Source of the DNA: Candidatus Doudnabacteria bacterium
GTDB taxonomy: Bacteria; Patescibacteriota; JAQUNI01
Length of the DNA: 64,000 nt
Assembly (NCBI GenBank): GCA_041644975.1
Contig: JBAZQX010000007.1
Coordinates: 1,906 to 65,905 of the forward strand
Reading direction: 5' to 3'
Shown here: one piece after another, positions 1 through 9,110 of the stretch
How positions within the stretch are numbered: position 1 is the stretch's first letter
Layout: every line of letters begins with the position of its first letter
Translations under genes and position numbers: made by a program
The notes under the pieces: model-generated
Databases searched by the model: none
The model's input: the letters and a program-made list of their open reading frames with translations, nothing else
Told to the model about the DNA's origin: nothing

Positions 1-1
1 G

Positions 2-658
2 AAGGCTGGCTGTTTCCAGCCTTATTCCGCCGCTACGCTCAACCATCTGCTCATTAAAATCAAAAAGAGCGTGCCACCCTATGTTCGCATTATCCGTTTG
101 ATCCGCGATATTCCGAGCAACTCAATCATCGCGGGCAATAAAATCACGAATCTGCGCCAGATTTTAAAACAGAATAACGCGCAATGCCGTTGCATCCGCT
201 GCCGTGAAGCCAAAGACGCGCCCTTGGGCAAAATCTATCTGCACATATTAAAATATCCCGCCTCTTCCGGCACTGAATATTATTTAAGCTATGAAAATAA
301 AGACCAAACCACGCTTTACGCGCACCTCCGCTTGCGTTTTCCATCGCTCAAATCAACATTCCAAAACTGCGCCATTATCCGCGAGGTGCATACTTACGGT
401 CAAGTGGCGTCGCTTAAAACTCAAAATCAGTCTGCCACGCAACACCATGGTTTGGGCAAAAAATTAATCCAAAAAGCGGAAAATCTAGCCTCTCAAAATG
501 GGTATAAAAAAATAATGGTGATTTCAGGAGTCGGCGTGAGGGAATATTATTGGAAACTAGGGTATGGAATTGTTGGCTATGGGTATATGATGAAAAAATT
601 ACATCCCGATCGTCATTGCTTCGTCGTCCCTCGACAAGCTCGGGACTCCTCGCAATGA
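2..658 (+). CDS. Elp3-like radical SAM/GNAT tRNA acetyltransferase, C-terminal part (5' truncated by window edge)
   Basis: Frame open from base 2; PPYVRIIRLIRDIP, CRCIRCRE, IREVHTYG, QHHGLGKKL and ISGVGVREYY motifs. Confidence 0.9.
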   Translation, partial: KAGCFQPYSAATLNHLLIKIKKSVPPYVRIIRLIRDIPSNSIIAGNKITNLRQILKQNNAQCRCIRCREAKDAPLGKIYLHILKYPASSGTEYYLSYENKDQTTLYAHLRLRFPSLKSTFQNCAIIREVHTYGQVASLKTQNQSATQHHGLGKKLIQKAENLASQNGYKKIMVISGVGVREYYWKLGYGIVGYGYMMKKLHPDRHCFVVPRQARDSSQ

Positions 659-660
659 CG
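610..660. repeat. CGTC-type palindromic repeat between convergent genes
   Basis: cgtcattgc...gcaatgacg inverted ends; related copies at 6715-6828, 16605-16745, 25880-25937 and the 135-bp family. Confidence 0.75.
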
Positions 661-663
661 GGA

Positions 664-1533
664 TTATCCGGATTTTTGAGTTTCTAACAACTTAATCCAA
701 TCCTTAACCGAAAGCTCCTGCGCCCTCGCCGTCCTTTTGACTCCCACGGCTTTAAGCCAAGAGGTTACCTCTTCATCCGTTAAAAGATAACCGTTTTTTA
801 AATTATTATGGATTTGCTTTCTGGGACTCGCGAAGCCAATTTTAATTAAACGAAAAAACTCCGCTTCTTTATTATCCATCTCCTCGGCAGTAACGCGCAA
901 AAACCCGCGGCGGTTATACCAGCGAAGCTCGCTGGCAAGCTCGGAGTGCGGATACATCCGAATCCTTAAAATCGCTGAATCTACCGCCGGCGGAGGCGAA
1001 AACTTATCGCGGCTTACATAATCCACGATTTCCGGGCTGCCAAAAGTCTGCACCGCGACCGTTAAAACACTCATTTTACCGGGGCGGGCGCAAACCCGTT
1101 TCGCCACTTCCTTTTGCACCAACAAGACCATCATTTTAGGTCTTTTTTTACTGGCGGTAAATTTTCTTAAAATCTTCCCCGTGATGTAAAAAGGGATATT
1201 GCCAATAACTTTATAATCGTTGGCAAACTTAAAATTGAAAATAGAAAACTTGATGATGTCATCCGGAATGATTACCACGGCGCGGAAAGGCTTGAATTTG
1301 CGTTCTAACTCGCGAGCCAAATCTCTATCTAATTCCACGGCGACAACTTTGCGCGCCCGCATCGCCAATTTTTGGGTAAGGTCGCCCTTGCCCGGACCAA
1401 TTTCCAAGATGACATCGCTCCGCCGCACTTCCCCCGCGTCCACGATTTTATTTAAAATCGTCTCGTCAAACAAAAAATGCTGACCGAGTTTTGGTTTGAT
1501 TGTTTTCTGTTTTCTAGACTGAAAATTTTTCAT
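664..1533 (-). CDS. rsmA: 16S rRNA (adenine1518/1519-N6)-dimethyltransferase
   Basis: LGQHFL, ILEIGPGKG, GNIPFYIT, QKEVA and FSPPPAVDSA motifs. Confidence 0.95.
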   Translation of the reverse strand: MKNFQSRKQKTIKPKLGQHFLFDETILNKIVDAGEVRRSDVILEIGPGKGDLTQKLAMRARKVVAVELDRDLARELERKFKPFRAVVIIPDDIIKFSIFNFKFANDYKVIGNIPFYITGKILRKFTASKKRPKMMVLLVQKEVAKRVCARPGKMSVLTVAVQTFGSPEIVDYVSRDKFSPPPAVDSAILRIRMYPHSELASELRWYNRRGFLRVTAEEMDNKEAEFFRLIKIGFASPRKQIHNNLKNGYLLTDEEVTSWLKAVGVKRTARAQELSVKDWIKLLETQKSG

Positions 1534-1741
1534 AAAAATAATAATAAATTATCTATGTTTATACTAACAAAATCAGCTATTTCAAGCAAATAAAAAAGGT
1601 TTCAATGGATTAAATATTGAAACCTCCCAGTCCGGGGAAAGCCTTTTAAACATCTAATTTTTAAAAATCAAACATTTTTGTAATTTGGGTAAGTGATTGT
1701 AGCTTAGGCAGAAACTTTCTTGCGTTGTAAAACAAGGTTTT

Positions 1742-2347
1742 TCATTGTATTTTGTAGGCGCAAAAATAACCTTCCCCGCAAGGAACAGAGCCGCAACAAG
1801 CATAAAATCCCAAACCCTTGCAATCAGCATCATCATAAACTTCTGTTTTAGCATCCGGTAACCATAATAAATACGGACCCTTAGGATAAGAAGCGCCTGT
1901 GCAATGCCAGGCTACGCCATTCCATGTGCCGCTACTTGCGTCAAGATACAGATAAGCATTGCCCTTAGTGCGGCTTCCGGATAAAGGATCTAGCGGGATT
2001 TTTGATATATAAGGCGCCAGCGCGGAGTTCAGGCTGTCGCTGCCGGATACGCCGCCGTTCCAGCAAGTTGCCGCGCTTCCCATCCCTAAACATTTAGCCG
2101 CTCCTCCAGTAGAAAAAAAATCTCCGCCTTGTGAATCTGCCAACATATTTAAAGCAGTCGCGATTTGCTTTAAATCAGAAACTCTCCTCGCATCCCGCGC
2201 TTTTTGACGCGCGCTATTCACGCTCACCGCGACAATAGTTGCTAAAAGTCCAATTACCGCGATCACCACTAAAAGCTCAATTAAAGTAAACCCCATTAGA
2301 GAATCTCGTTCTCTAACCCCATTTAGAAATTTATGTTTCTTAAACAC
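1742..2347 (-). CDS. Type IV pilin-like protein with repeat-derived leader
   Basis: G|FTLIELLVVIAVIGLLA prepilin motif, ARQKARDARRVSDLKQI, Cys-rich C-terminus. Confidence 0.9.
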   Translation of the reverse strand: MFKKHKFLNGVRERDSLMGFTLIELLVVIAVIGLLATIVAVSVNSARQKARDARRVSDLKQIATALNMLADSQGGDFFSTGGAAKCLGMGSAATCWNGGVSGSDSLNSALAPYISKIPLDPLSGSRTKGNAYLYLDASSGTWNGVAWHCTGASYPKGPYLLWLPDAKTEVYDDADCKGLGFYACCGSVPCGEGYFCAYKIQ

Positions 2348-2385
2348 GGTACTCCTTACTCCCCGTTATTTCTAAAGGGGGTAAA
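2286..2385. repeat. ACCCCGTTAGA...TCTAACGGGGT-family element with GTAAA direct repeat
   Basis: GTAAA at 2286-2290 and 2381-2385; relatives at 22727-22821, 30385-30448, 33842-33914, 44805-44842. Confidence 0.75.
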
Positions 2386-2639
2386 TCCTTTATTTTTGAA
2401 ACGAATCATTTTTCGAAACTACAAATTACCAATTACTGAAATTTTTGCTAAAAAATTTCTGGTGCTCTATTCTAAAAATAGTTCGAACCCCAGTAGTAAA
2501 GCAGAGCTTACTACGGGGCACGGCGCATTTCGCTCGCCTCGCTGAAGCTCCGGCGAAGCGGGCCGCCTGCTTGCCCGCTCACAAGCCTTGGCGACGGAGG
2601 GTGGTGGTGGCGAGAAGCCCCCAAAATTTGAGCGGCTTC

Positions 2640-2849
2640 CCCGCGATTCCAATATTCCTTTATGTATTCAGCGAGCACAGATATATTATCATCTACACCA
2701 TAAACTTTTCGCAGATGCTCTTTTTCCAACTTATGGTGACAAACATCATAAGCAGTATAATCAAAGCCAGATTCTCTTAGCTTATCAGCTATCATTGGAA
2801 ACATATCCAAATATCCATCTCTGGTATACCATGTAGTCTTATACATCAT
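2640..2849 (-). pseudogene. Truncated low-GC gene fragment of unknown function
   Basis: Protein-like AT-rich segment of ORF 2511..2849 that runs abruptly into GC-rich repeat sequence at about 2640. Confidence 0.35.
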
Positions 2850-2986
2850 TAATCCTTTCCATAGGTTATTTTCGCCTACCTCTGATATACACTAACAATA
2901 ATTGCAATAGTTTTTTTCAACTCCGTAATGGCAGAAACAGTATTACTGACTTCTTGCCTTACTTGCATTATAAAAATATAATCATA

Positions 2987-3967
2987 TCAACATTTTTTTG
3001 TTGCAATAACAATTAGCCCATGACCTCTACTGAAAATACGACCCATCCAGTATATAATCGTTAAAATTAAATCGATCAAAAATCCATGCCGGCATTCGGC
3101 GTATTTAAAACGTTTCCATAAAAGGGAGTCGGGGAAAAAATTCAGAGCCTTAAAACCAGAGCTATCTAACATTTTAGTTAATGATTTTTTATTAAAAAAG
3201 AATCTATGATCCGCATGGTATAAATAAAACAGAGGAAATCGGAGCCTGCCAAACGATAATCTAAAAAGCAATATTGAAATCTTAAAAAATAAAGAGTCCG
3301 CATTTGGCGTGCGTATGATCATAACTTTCCCATATCCAACTGCAGAATTGAGCCGTTTTAAATCACTTAAAGGATCTTTGCAATGTTCAATAACATCCCA
3401 TGCTGTAATAATGTCGTATTTGCAGTCAGTTAGAACTTTCGAATCTGCAATTGAAGCATTTTCAATAAAGTCTGCTCCTAAATTCAATCTTTGCCTTGCA
3501 ATGCTACATGCATAGCTTGAGACATCTAATCCACTAACTTCATATCCCTCTTTTCTTGCTATCTCCATAAATATACCTGTCGAACAACCAACATCCAAAA
3601 GCCTTCCATGAGAAATATATTTTTTCACCATACGAATCCGTTTGTAAGACTGCTCTTCAACGCCGCTCTTTGCATCATTGCCTAATTTACCTGCCATCAT
3701 ATCGTGATATGTTTTACTATACAGCATATCATTTGTATTTATATTCGTTTCTCCTGAATCAACAAATTGTAATTCACAATGTTGGCACTTAAATATTTTT
3801 CGGCTTTCGAATGTTACACCCCAACTTGATTTAACATCGGCTTGGGGTTTTAAATCTAAAAACGAATTCACAGGCCCTTTACCACAGGCAAGGCATATAC
3901 GCCCCTGCCTGTCCCTTATTAACTCTGTGCGTTGTCTCTTTGGTTTATTGGTAGTCATAATATCCAC
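2987..3967 (-). CDS. Class I SAM-dependent methyltransferase with N-terminal Cys motifs (surface glycan locus type)
   Basis: CxxC...CxxC, LLDVGCSTG, DIITAWDVIEH, RTPN. Confidence 0.85.
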   Translation of the reverse strand: MDIMTTNKPKRQRTELIRDRQGRICLACGKGPVNSFLDLKPQADVKSSWGVTFESRKIFKCQHCELQFVDSGETNINTNDMLYSKTYHDMMAGKLGNDAKSGVEEQSYKRIRMVKKYISHGRLLDVGCSTGIFMEIARKEGYEVSGLDVSSYACSIARQRLNLGADFIENASIADSKVLTDCKYDIITAWDVIEHCKDPLSDLKRLNSAVGYGKVMIIRTPNADSLFFKISILLFRLSFGRLRFPLFYLYHADHRFFFNKKSLTKMLDSSGFKALNFFPDSLLWKRFKYAECRHGFLIDLILTIIYWMGRIFSRGHGLIVIATKKC

Positions 3968-4279
3968 TATGAATCCAATTTCTGGGCAATTATATCAATA
4001 GACCCGTTAGAAATGGGAATTAAAATTTGTATTTTTTCAAAGCCAAAAGAAAAGGTTGATAACCACTTTGTCCAGGGATAAACATACGCCAGGCGGTCGA
4101 TGAGAAACGAGAGTGTTACCCAATTTCTGCTAATGACATCTCCTTTTCTTTATTTGCTTTTTGCCATACTCCGCACATCTTACATCTAAGGTTGCATCTT
4201 TCAGTCACATAAAAAATGTACATAGAATTGGGTTAAAAATAACCTTGACATTAGCAGACCTTTAGCAATTTTAAAAAAT

Positions 4280-5701
4280 TCATTTTTTGCCTTCCGGAAG
4301 TATGAAGTTTTTAATTATATTGAACATAAATTTAAGTTGATTTGAACGTATATGCCGCACGAAGTTGAAAAAATTAATGGGATTTAAATAGTAATAGATT
4401 AAAGCAAGTCTCTGTAAATTCTTTAAATCCTTGGCACTTAAATCCCCGGTTTCATACATTCCAGTATGGACTGTAAACCTGCTCCATTCCTTAATTGCTG
4501 AATTTGTTTTAATCCATTCATCATAGACTTCGCTTCCCGGAAATGGGCAAAGAATGTTAAATTGGGCAGTATGCAGCCCTGAGTTCCCAGCAAATTTTAT
4601 TGTTTGCATGACTGTTTTTTTTGTGTCTCCTGGAAAACCGATCATAAAGAAACCATGTGTGATTATGCCATGTTTTTTTATCATGGCTATCTTTTCCTTA
4701 ACTATTGAAAGATCGAGATTTTTTTTAGCTCTATTGAGGATATCTTGATTGCCTGATTCGATACCCAATGCTAAAAGATAGCAGCCCGATGCTTTCATTT
4801 TTGCTAAAAGCTCGTCATCAAGTTTGTCTATTCTCACCCCATTAGGACACTTCCAATCAATTTTTAATTTTCTTCTTATTATCTCATTACAAACCTCTAT
4901 TGTTTTTTCTTTTAACAATGTGAAATTATCGTCTTCAAAATGTATTTCTTTACAGCCATATTTTTTAACAAGAAGCTCGATTTCATCAACAATATTCTTA
5001 GCGCTTCTCTGTCTAAATTTATGGCGCCAGATTGCATTGGATGCACAAAAAGTGCAGAAATATGGGCAGCCTCTGGAACTCATTATCGGACCTACTGGAT
5101 GTGATTTTGTATAAATTCCATGAGGAGCAGGAGGATAAAAATTAGGGTTTATCTCTTCCCAATCTGGAAATGGCAGATAATCCAGGTTTTTTATTAATTC
5201 TCTTTTTTCGGTTAAGATTGTTTTTCCTTTCTTGTCTTTAAAACAAATGCCCTTAACTCTTTTAAAGTCAGTTTCGCCTTTTTCTAGTTTTTTAACAAGC
5301 TCTAGCACTGTTTCTTCCCCCTCCCCAACTATTATGAAGTCTACCCCTAACTCTGAAAGGGTTTCTTCCGGAATTGAGGTTGAGTGAGGTCCGCCAAGGC
5401 AAATTTTAGCTCTAGGAATAACTTTCCTAAGCATTCTTACAAGATTCTTAGCCTCTGGAATAAAGTCTGTTGTAGCATGAATTCCCACAAGATCTGGATT
5501 AAAACTTGAAATTTTTTTAACTGTTCCAGCCATTGAGAGGCGAGATTTCTGCAATGGGTCTACAATATGTGCGTTATAGCCCTCTTTTTTCATGTATGCA
5601 TTTAAATATCCTAAGCCTAGCAGCGGGGTTATAATGTAAGCATCATATGGCGGCCTACAGAACACTATGTTAAAATTATGCTGTGCATTATTTAAAGCCA
5701 T
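4280..5701 (-). CDS. B12-binding domain radical SAM protein
   Basis: PLLGLGYL, GGPHST, GEGE, SRGCPYFCTFC (CxxxCxxC), FEDDNF, GIESG. Confidence 0.92.
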   Translation of the reverse strand: MALNNAQHNFNIVFCRPPYDAYIITPLLGLGYLNAYMKKEGYNAHIVDPLQKSRLSMAGTVKKISSFNPDLVGIHATTDFIPEAKNLVRMLRKVIPRAKICLGGPHSTSIPEETLSELGVDFIIVGEGEETVLELVKKLEKGETDFKRVKGICFKDKKGKTILTEKRELIKNLDYLPFPDWEEINPNFYPPAPHGIYTKSHPVGPIMSSRGCPYFCTFCASNAIWRHKFRQRSAKNIVDEIELLVKKYGCKEIHFEDDNFTLLKEKTIEVCNEIIRRKLKIDWKCPNGVRIDKLDDELLAKMKASGCYLLALGIESGNQDILNRAKKNLDLSIVKEKIAMIKKHGIITHGFFMIGFPGDTKKTVMQTIKFAGNSGLHTAQFNILCPFPGSEVYDEWIKTNSAIKEWSRFTVHTGMYETGDLSAKDLKNLQRLALIYYYLNPINFFNFVRHIRSNQLKFMFNIIKNFILPEGKK

Positions 5702-5758
5702 AGATTAAATGAAAAACTTGTGTTTATTAACATTATTGTCATAAAGCAGATATTAAAA

Positions 5759-6172
5759 TTATCTCACGAGCGAAGAGATATAAAACACGATTGGTTTTGA
5801 ACCCATTTCTGAAATTCTTTTTTTTCTTACGCCAAATATATAGTAAATTCTTTCTATTCTTGCTGAGTTTGGAAATTGTTTTAGAATATCAAATAAGACC
5901 TTATATCCACGCATTTCGAATTTACCCTCATTTTTCAAAAAATTTTTTGCAAAATTTGTTTTTCCTCCAAAAAATCCTGACATTAAATCTTCATGCTTAA
6001 ATCTGCTCAAAAGCAGGCGAATTTTTCCCATGTAAATTGCTATTTCAGAAATTATTCTTCAGTATATTGGCCAATCTGAAACAACACCTTACCTTGTTGC
6101 TATAACAAAGTCTGCCCCACCCCTCATTTTTGTCGCATAATATCTTTTAACAGAAGTATATGTGCGGGTTCT
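5759..6172 (-). pseudogene. GT2/polyprenol-phosphate mannosyltransferase-like pseudogene (C-terminal half)
   Basis: GADFVIATR*...WPIY*RIIS upstream and in frame with DLMSGFF...GYKVLFDIL; in-frame TAA and TGA. Confidence 0.65.
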
Positions 6173-6273
6173 TGGGCGGCAAATTCTTTTAGCTCAACGA
6201 GTTGAGCTTCAATCGAAAGCACTTGTTGATCATCTTCCTCTGTAGATTTTCTTGCATAGATTAAGTATTTCAT
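6173..6273 (-). pseudogene. Serine recombinase N-terminal fragment
   Basis: MKYLIYARKSTEEDDQQVLSIEAQLVELKEFAA: catalytic YARKS motif, similarity ends after about 35 aa. Confidence 0.8.
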
Positions 6274-6447
6274 ATTAATTTGATTAAAAAAATTCCTTTT
6301 CCCAGGACGAAACCGCTCATGGCTACGCCAGATCTTCAGACAACTGATTTTTTCGCCCAAAATCCCTTACAATTTAATCGCCGAGTCCGCCAATTCGGCG
6401 GATAAACTCCGCGAGGCGAACCCAAACTGCTTGCAAATTCCTTACTG

Positions 6448-6466
6448 GTGCCCGGGGCGGGACTCG
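6448..6466 (-). repeat. att-like duplication of the tRNA-Leu 3' end
   Basis: 19-bp gtgcccggggcgggactcg identical to 6622-6640. Confidence 0.8.
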
Positions 6467-6622
6467 CCCCGTCGCTAAAGCTCCTTGAAACCTTGCGGTT
6501 TCAATGCTTCCACATCGGGGAAACTACCGTTTCCCCGACCCCTTTCCCGGGTTCTCGTCCCTATTACTTTAAACCTTGTATTTTTGAAAAAAACAAACAG
6601 ACACAAAGCGATATCTTCTTTG

Positions 6623-6706
6623 TGCCCGGGGCGGGACTCGAACCCGCAAGGTCTCGCGACCACAAGATTTTAAGTCTTGCGTGTATACCAGTTCCACCAC
6701 CCGGGC
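6623..6706 (-). tRNA. tRNA-Leu(TAA)
   Basis: Cloverleaf GCCCGGG..CAAGA-CTTAAAA-TCTTG, long variable arm, GGTTCGAGTCC. Confidence 0.95.
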
Positions 6707-6839
6707 AAACCCTCCGTCGTTGCGAGGAGCGACCAAAAGGAGCGACGAAGCCCGCCCGCTCACAAGCTTCGCTTCAGGCGAGGCGGGCGGGCTTCGCTCG
6801 GGCTTTAAGGCCCGAGCTCGCAACGACAAAATCATTTTG

Positions 6840-6948
6840 AGGCCAGGACGGGAATTGTCATGGCTTCGCCAGATCTGGCAGAGCCAGACACCCACGAATC
6901 ACGGTTTTGTCCCGCTACGCGGGATCTCGCGCAGCGAGACAGACCGTT
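6840..6948 (-). pseudogene. tRNA-Cys pseudogene (3' two-thirds) with inserts in the anticodon and T loop
   Basis: Removing 6858-6888 and 6910-6939 gives ttgcacccacgaatcacggttttgcagaccgtt, identical to the intact tRNA-Cys. Confidence 0.85.
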
Positions 6949-6957
6949 AATCTTTTG

Positions 6958-7030
6958 AGGCCTAGGTGGGATTTGCACCCACGAATCACGGTTTTGCAGA
7001 CCGTTGCGTTAACTACTTCGCCACTAGGCC
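6958..7030 (-). tRNA. tRNA-Cys(GCA)
   Basis: GGCCTAG/CTAGGCC acceptor, ACGGT-CTGCAAA-ACCGT, U73. Confidence 0.93.
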
Positions 7031-7264
7031 ATATTCAATTTTCAGCAAATCCTTCTGTTGGTGAGTTTTATAGAATTTCTCCATTTCAATTGCCTCACTA
7101 CGGGTCGGAAATTCCTTATAACCTAACAACCGCCACGGACAATATGCTTTAGTTGATTTTACCTTACCGCTGTTATGTCGTTTAAATCTAACTTTCACAT
7201 TTTCCGTACTGCCTACATACAAATTATTATTTTTTAGGCTAAGTAAAAAATATACATAATACAT
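7013..7264 (-). CDS. Small GIY-YIG nuclease; last codons overlap the tRNA-Cys 5' end
   Basis: YYVYFL...LYVGST...RFKRHNSG...STKAYCPWRL...EAIEME. Confidence 0.88.
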   Translation of the reverse strand: MYYVYFLLSLKNNNLYVGSTENVKVRFKRHNSGKVKSTKAYCPWRLLGYKEFPTRSEAIEMEKFYKTHQQKDLLKIEYGLVAK

Positions 7265-7269
7265 AGAAA

Positions 7270-7366
7270 TCATGGTTTTATCCCGCTACGCGGGATCTCG
7301 TCATCAAGATCTGGCAAAGCCAGACAGAGCGAGACAGACTGTTGCCTTACTACTTGCCTACCCGCC
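7270..7366 (-). pseudogene. tRNA-Cys-like pseudogene (5' half) with nested insert in the anticodon
   Basis: ggcgggtaggcaagtagtaaggcaacagtctg[insert 7281-7334]taaaaccatg parallels the tRNA-Cys D and anticodon arms. Confidence 0.7.
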
Positions 7367-7542
7367 GAATAAAAAATAAAAGATGTCTCAAAGACATCTC
7401 CATTTTAGCATTTATACGGTTTTGGTCAAACGCGAAAATAGAATCATGAATCAAATTAAGAAGAATTAAGAATTCATTTCCCCTAATTCTTAATTCCTGC
7501 CTGCCCGCCGAAGTCCGCCAAAGGCGGACGTAGGTGGGATTC

Positions 7543-8124
7543 CTAATTCACATTTTCCAAGACCTCCACTTCCAATTTACGCGCTCCGAAAAATTTTGCC
7601 CTCAAATAACTGGAAAACCAAATATCAATGCGACCCCAATGTCTTCCCGCCATCCGATCCTGGACTTCAAAAACCTGATCACCGAAAAGGGATGGAATCT
7701 TAAACTTAGTGCCAAAGGGTAAAAAGTTCGCCGCCGCGATCCCTTCACGCACTCTTTCGCCGGAAGCGGTAATAAAAGGCGTGGCGTCGCATTGAGCCAC
7801 ACTAGACGAATAGCCAGTGACCACAATCGGATAGACGCCGGGACTAACGAGAGATTCTTTACTGTAAAAACGCCCTTTAATAATACTGTCTACTGTCTCT
7901 TTGTCAAAATAAAACCTGCCTTCCACGTCAATCGGCGTTAAAGGCTGGCGCTTTTGCGGTCTTAGAATTTCTCCTATTCGCGCCGCGTCTCTCCCGACCC
8001 ATCCTTGAACCATTCTGTCTATCTTTCGCGAAGATAAAAAAACCTTTTGGATATCTTGCTTGGGTATCCCTAAGAACAGTGTAAAAGCCAAAAAAACCAA
8101 AAGTGAAATGGCGTAATATTTCAT
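7543..8124 (-). CDS. 3D-domain (MltA-like) protein, membrane anchored
   Basis: TGYSSSVAQCDATPFITASG, AANFLPFGTK, VQDRM, RIDIW. Confidence 0.85.
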   Translation of the reverse strand: MKYYAISLLVFLAFTLFLGIPKQDIQKVFLSSRKIDRMVQGWVGRDAARIGEILRPQKRQPLTPIDVEGRFYFDKETVDSIIKGRFYSKESLVSPGVYPIVVTGYSSSVAQCDATPFITASGERVREGIAAANFLPFGTKFKIPSLFGDQVFEVQDRMAGRHWGRIDIWFSSYLRAKFFGARKLEVEVLENVN

Positions 8125-8245
8125 TGATTTTTAAAGATTTTTGTTTTTATTTTAGGTTGCGCCCTTATCTTTGAAACCTATTTTTATTTTATCATATTTA
8201 ACACAAAAAGTCAAAAAGAAAAACCCCAGTCAGTTGGGGCTTTTC

Positions 8246-8767
8246 TTATAGAACTTCAATTTTTATCTGTTTTAAGCCGAACTTTATAGCTTCTCCGCGG
8301 CTCGGCATCCAGAAGTCAACGCGAGTGCTATACCGCGCGTTCATTCGGTCTTGCACCTCAAAGACCTTGTCGCCGTAAAGCTCCGGAACCTTCACTTTGG
8401 TCCCAAAAGGCAAGAAGTTAGTAGCGATAATACCATCGCGAACATACTGACCCGACGCCGTAATAAACGGGGTGGAGTCGCACTGATCCACGGTGGAAGA
8501 ATAAGCCGTGGCGGAAACAATATACGCGCCGGGCTTTGCTTCTCTCCTTGTTCGTTGCGGCGACTTGATAGAAATTATGTTTTTTGACTGATATTCGGCT
8601 AATTTCTGGTCCAATTCCTCTTTAGATAAATACGTCTTATCCTCTAAAGAAATATGGGTTAACGCGCCAGACGCAGGCTCTTCCTTATTCCAATCAAAAG
8701 GACCAAAACCGGCAGTGACTAAAAAGACTGGTAAAATGATGATGAGTCTTTTAAGAATAAACCTCAT
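8246..8767 (-). CDS. 3D-domain protein, paralog of its neighbour
   Basis: TAYSSTVDQCDSTPFITASG, ATNFLPFGTK, VQDRM, RVDFW. Confidence 0.87.
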   Translation of the reverse strand: MRFILKRLIIILPVFLVTAGFGPFDWNKEEPASGALTHISLEDKTYLSKEELDQKLAEYQSKNIISIKSPQRTRREAKPGAYIVSATAYSSTVDQCDSTPFITASGQYVRDGIIATNFLPFGTKVKVPELYGDKVFEVQDRMNARYSTRVDFWMPSRGEAIKFGLKQIKIEVL

Positions 8768-9110
8768 TAGGCTTAAATTAATGAATCAACTCCCGCCTTA
8801 TAGCCGTAAAAAAGGCCTAGCAAAGCGAGATTTTAGCTAATCTTAGGCAATCCCAAGGAACCGATCCCTTAAGCGCCTAATTTCGCTAAAATAAGGTTAA
8901 ATCTTGTCTTGGATCTGATTAAATTTGGCTTAGATAAGCCAAAATAAAAAAATCCTTGACAGATTTAAGAAATTATTGTAGCATATCTTTTCTTAAAAGT
9001 CAAGGATTGAGCCCCATACAACAAGTTGCCGATTCCGAGGACAAAGTTCCAAGGGTCCAAAAGATCCAAGAAACAAAGTCTAAGAGCTAACCCTTCCTCC
9101 ATCAGGACTT

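Noticed and set aside
5759-6172. TGA recoding (code 25) to explain the broken GT2
   Set aside because: An in-frame TAA is also present and core genes such as nrnA end in TGA.
6858-6939. 30-bp inserts as spliceable tRNA introns
   Set aside because: They occur in both orientations relative to tRNAs and outside tRNAs, and the host copies are also truncated.
6448-7152. ORFs overlapping tRNA-Leu and tRNA-Cys
   Set aside because: Translations of tRNA and repeat sequence.
8770-8945. c-di-AMP riboswitch before the 3D genes
   Set aside because: Conserved GCUGAAUC and CAGCUAACC motifs are not seen on the coding strand.
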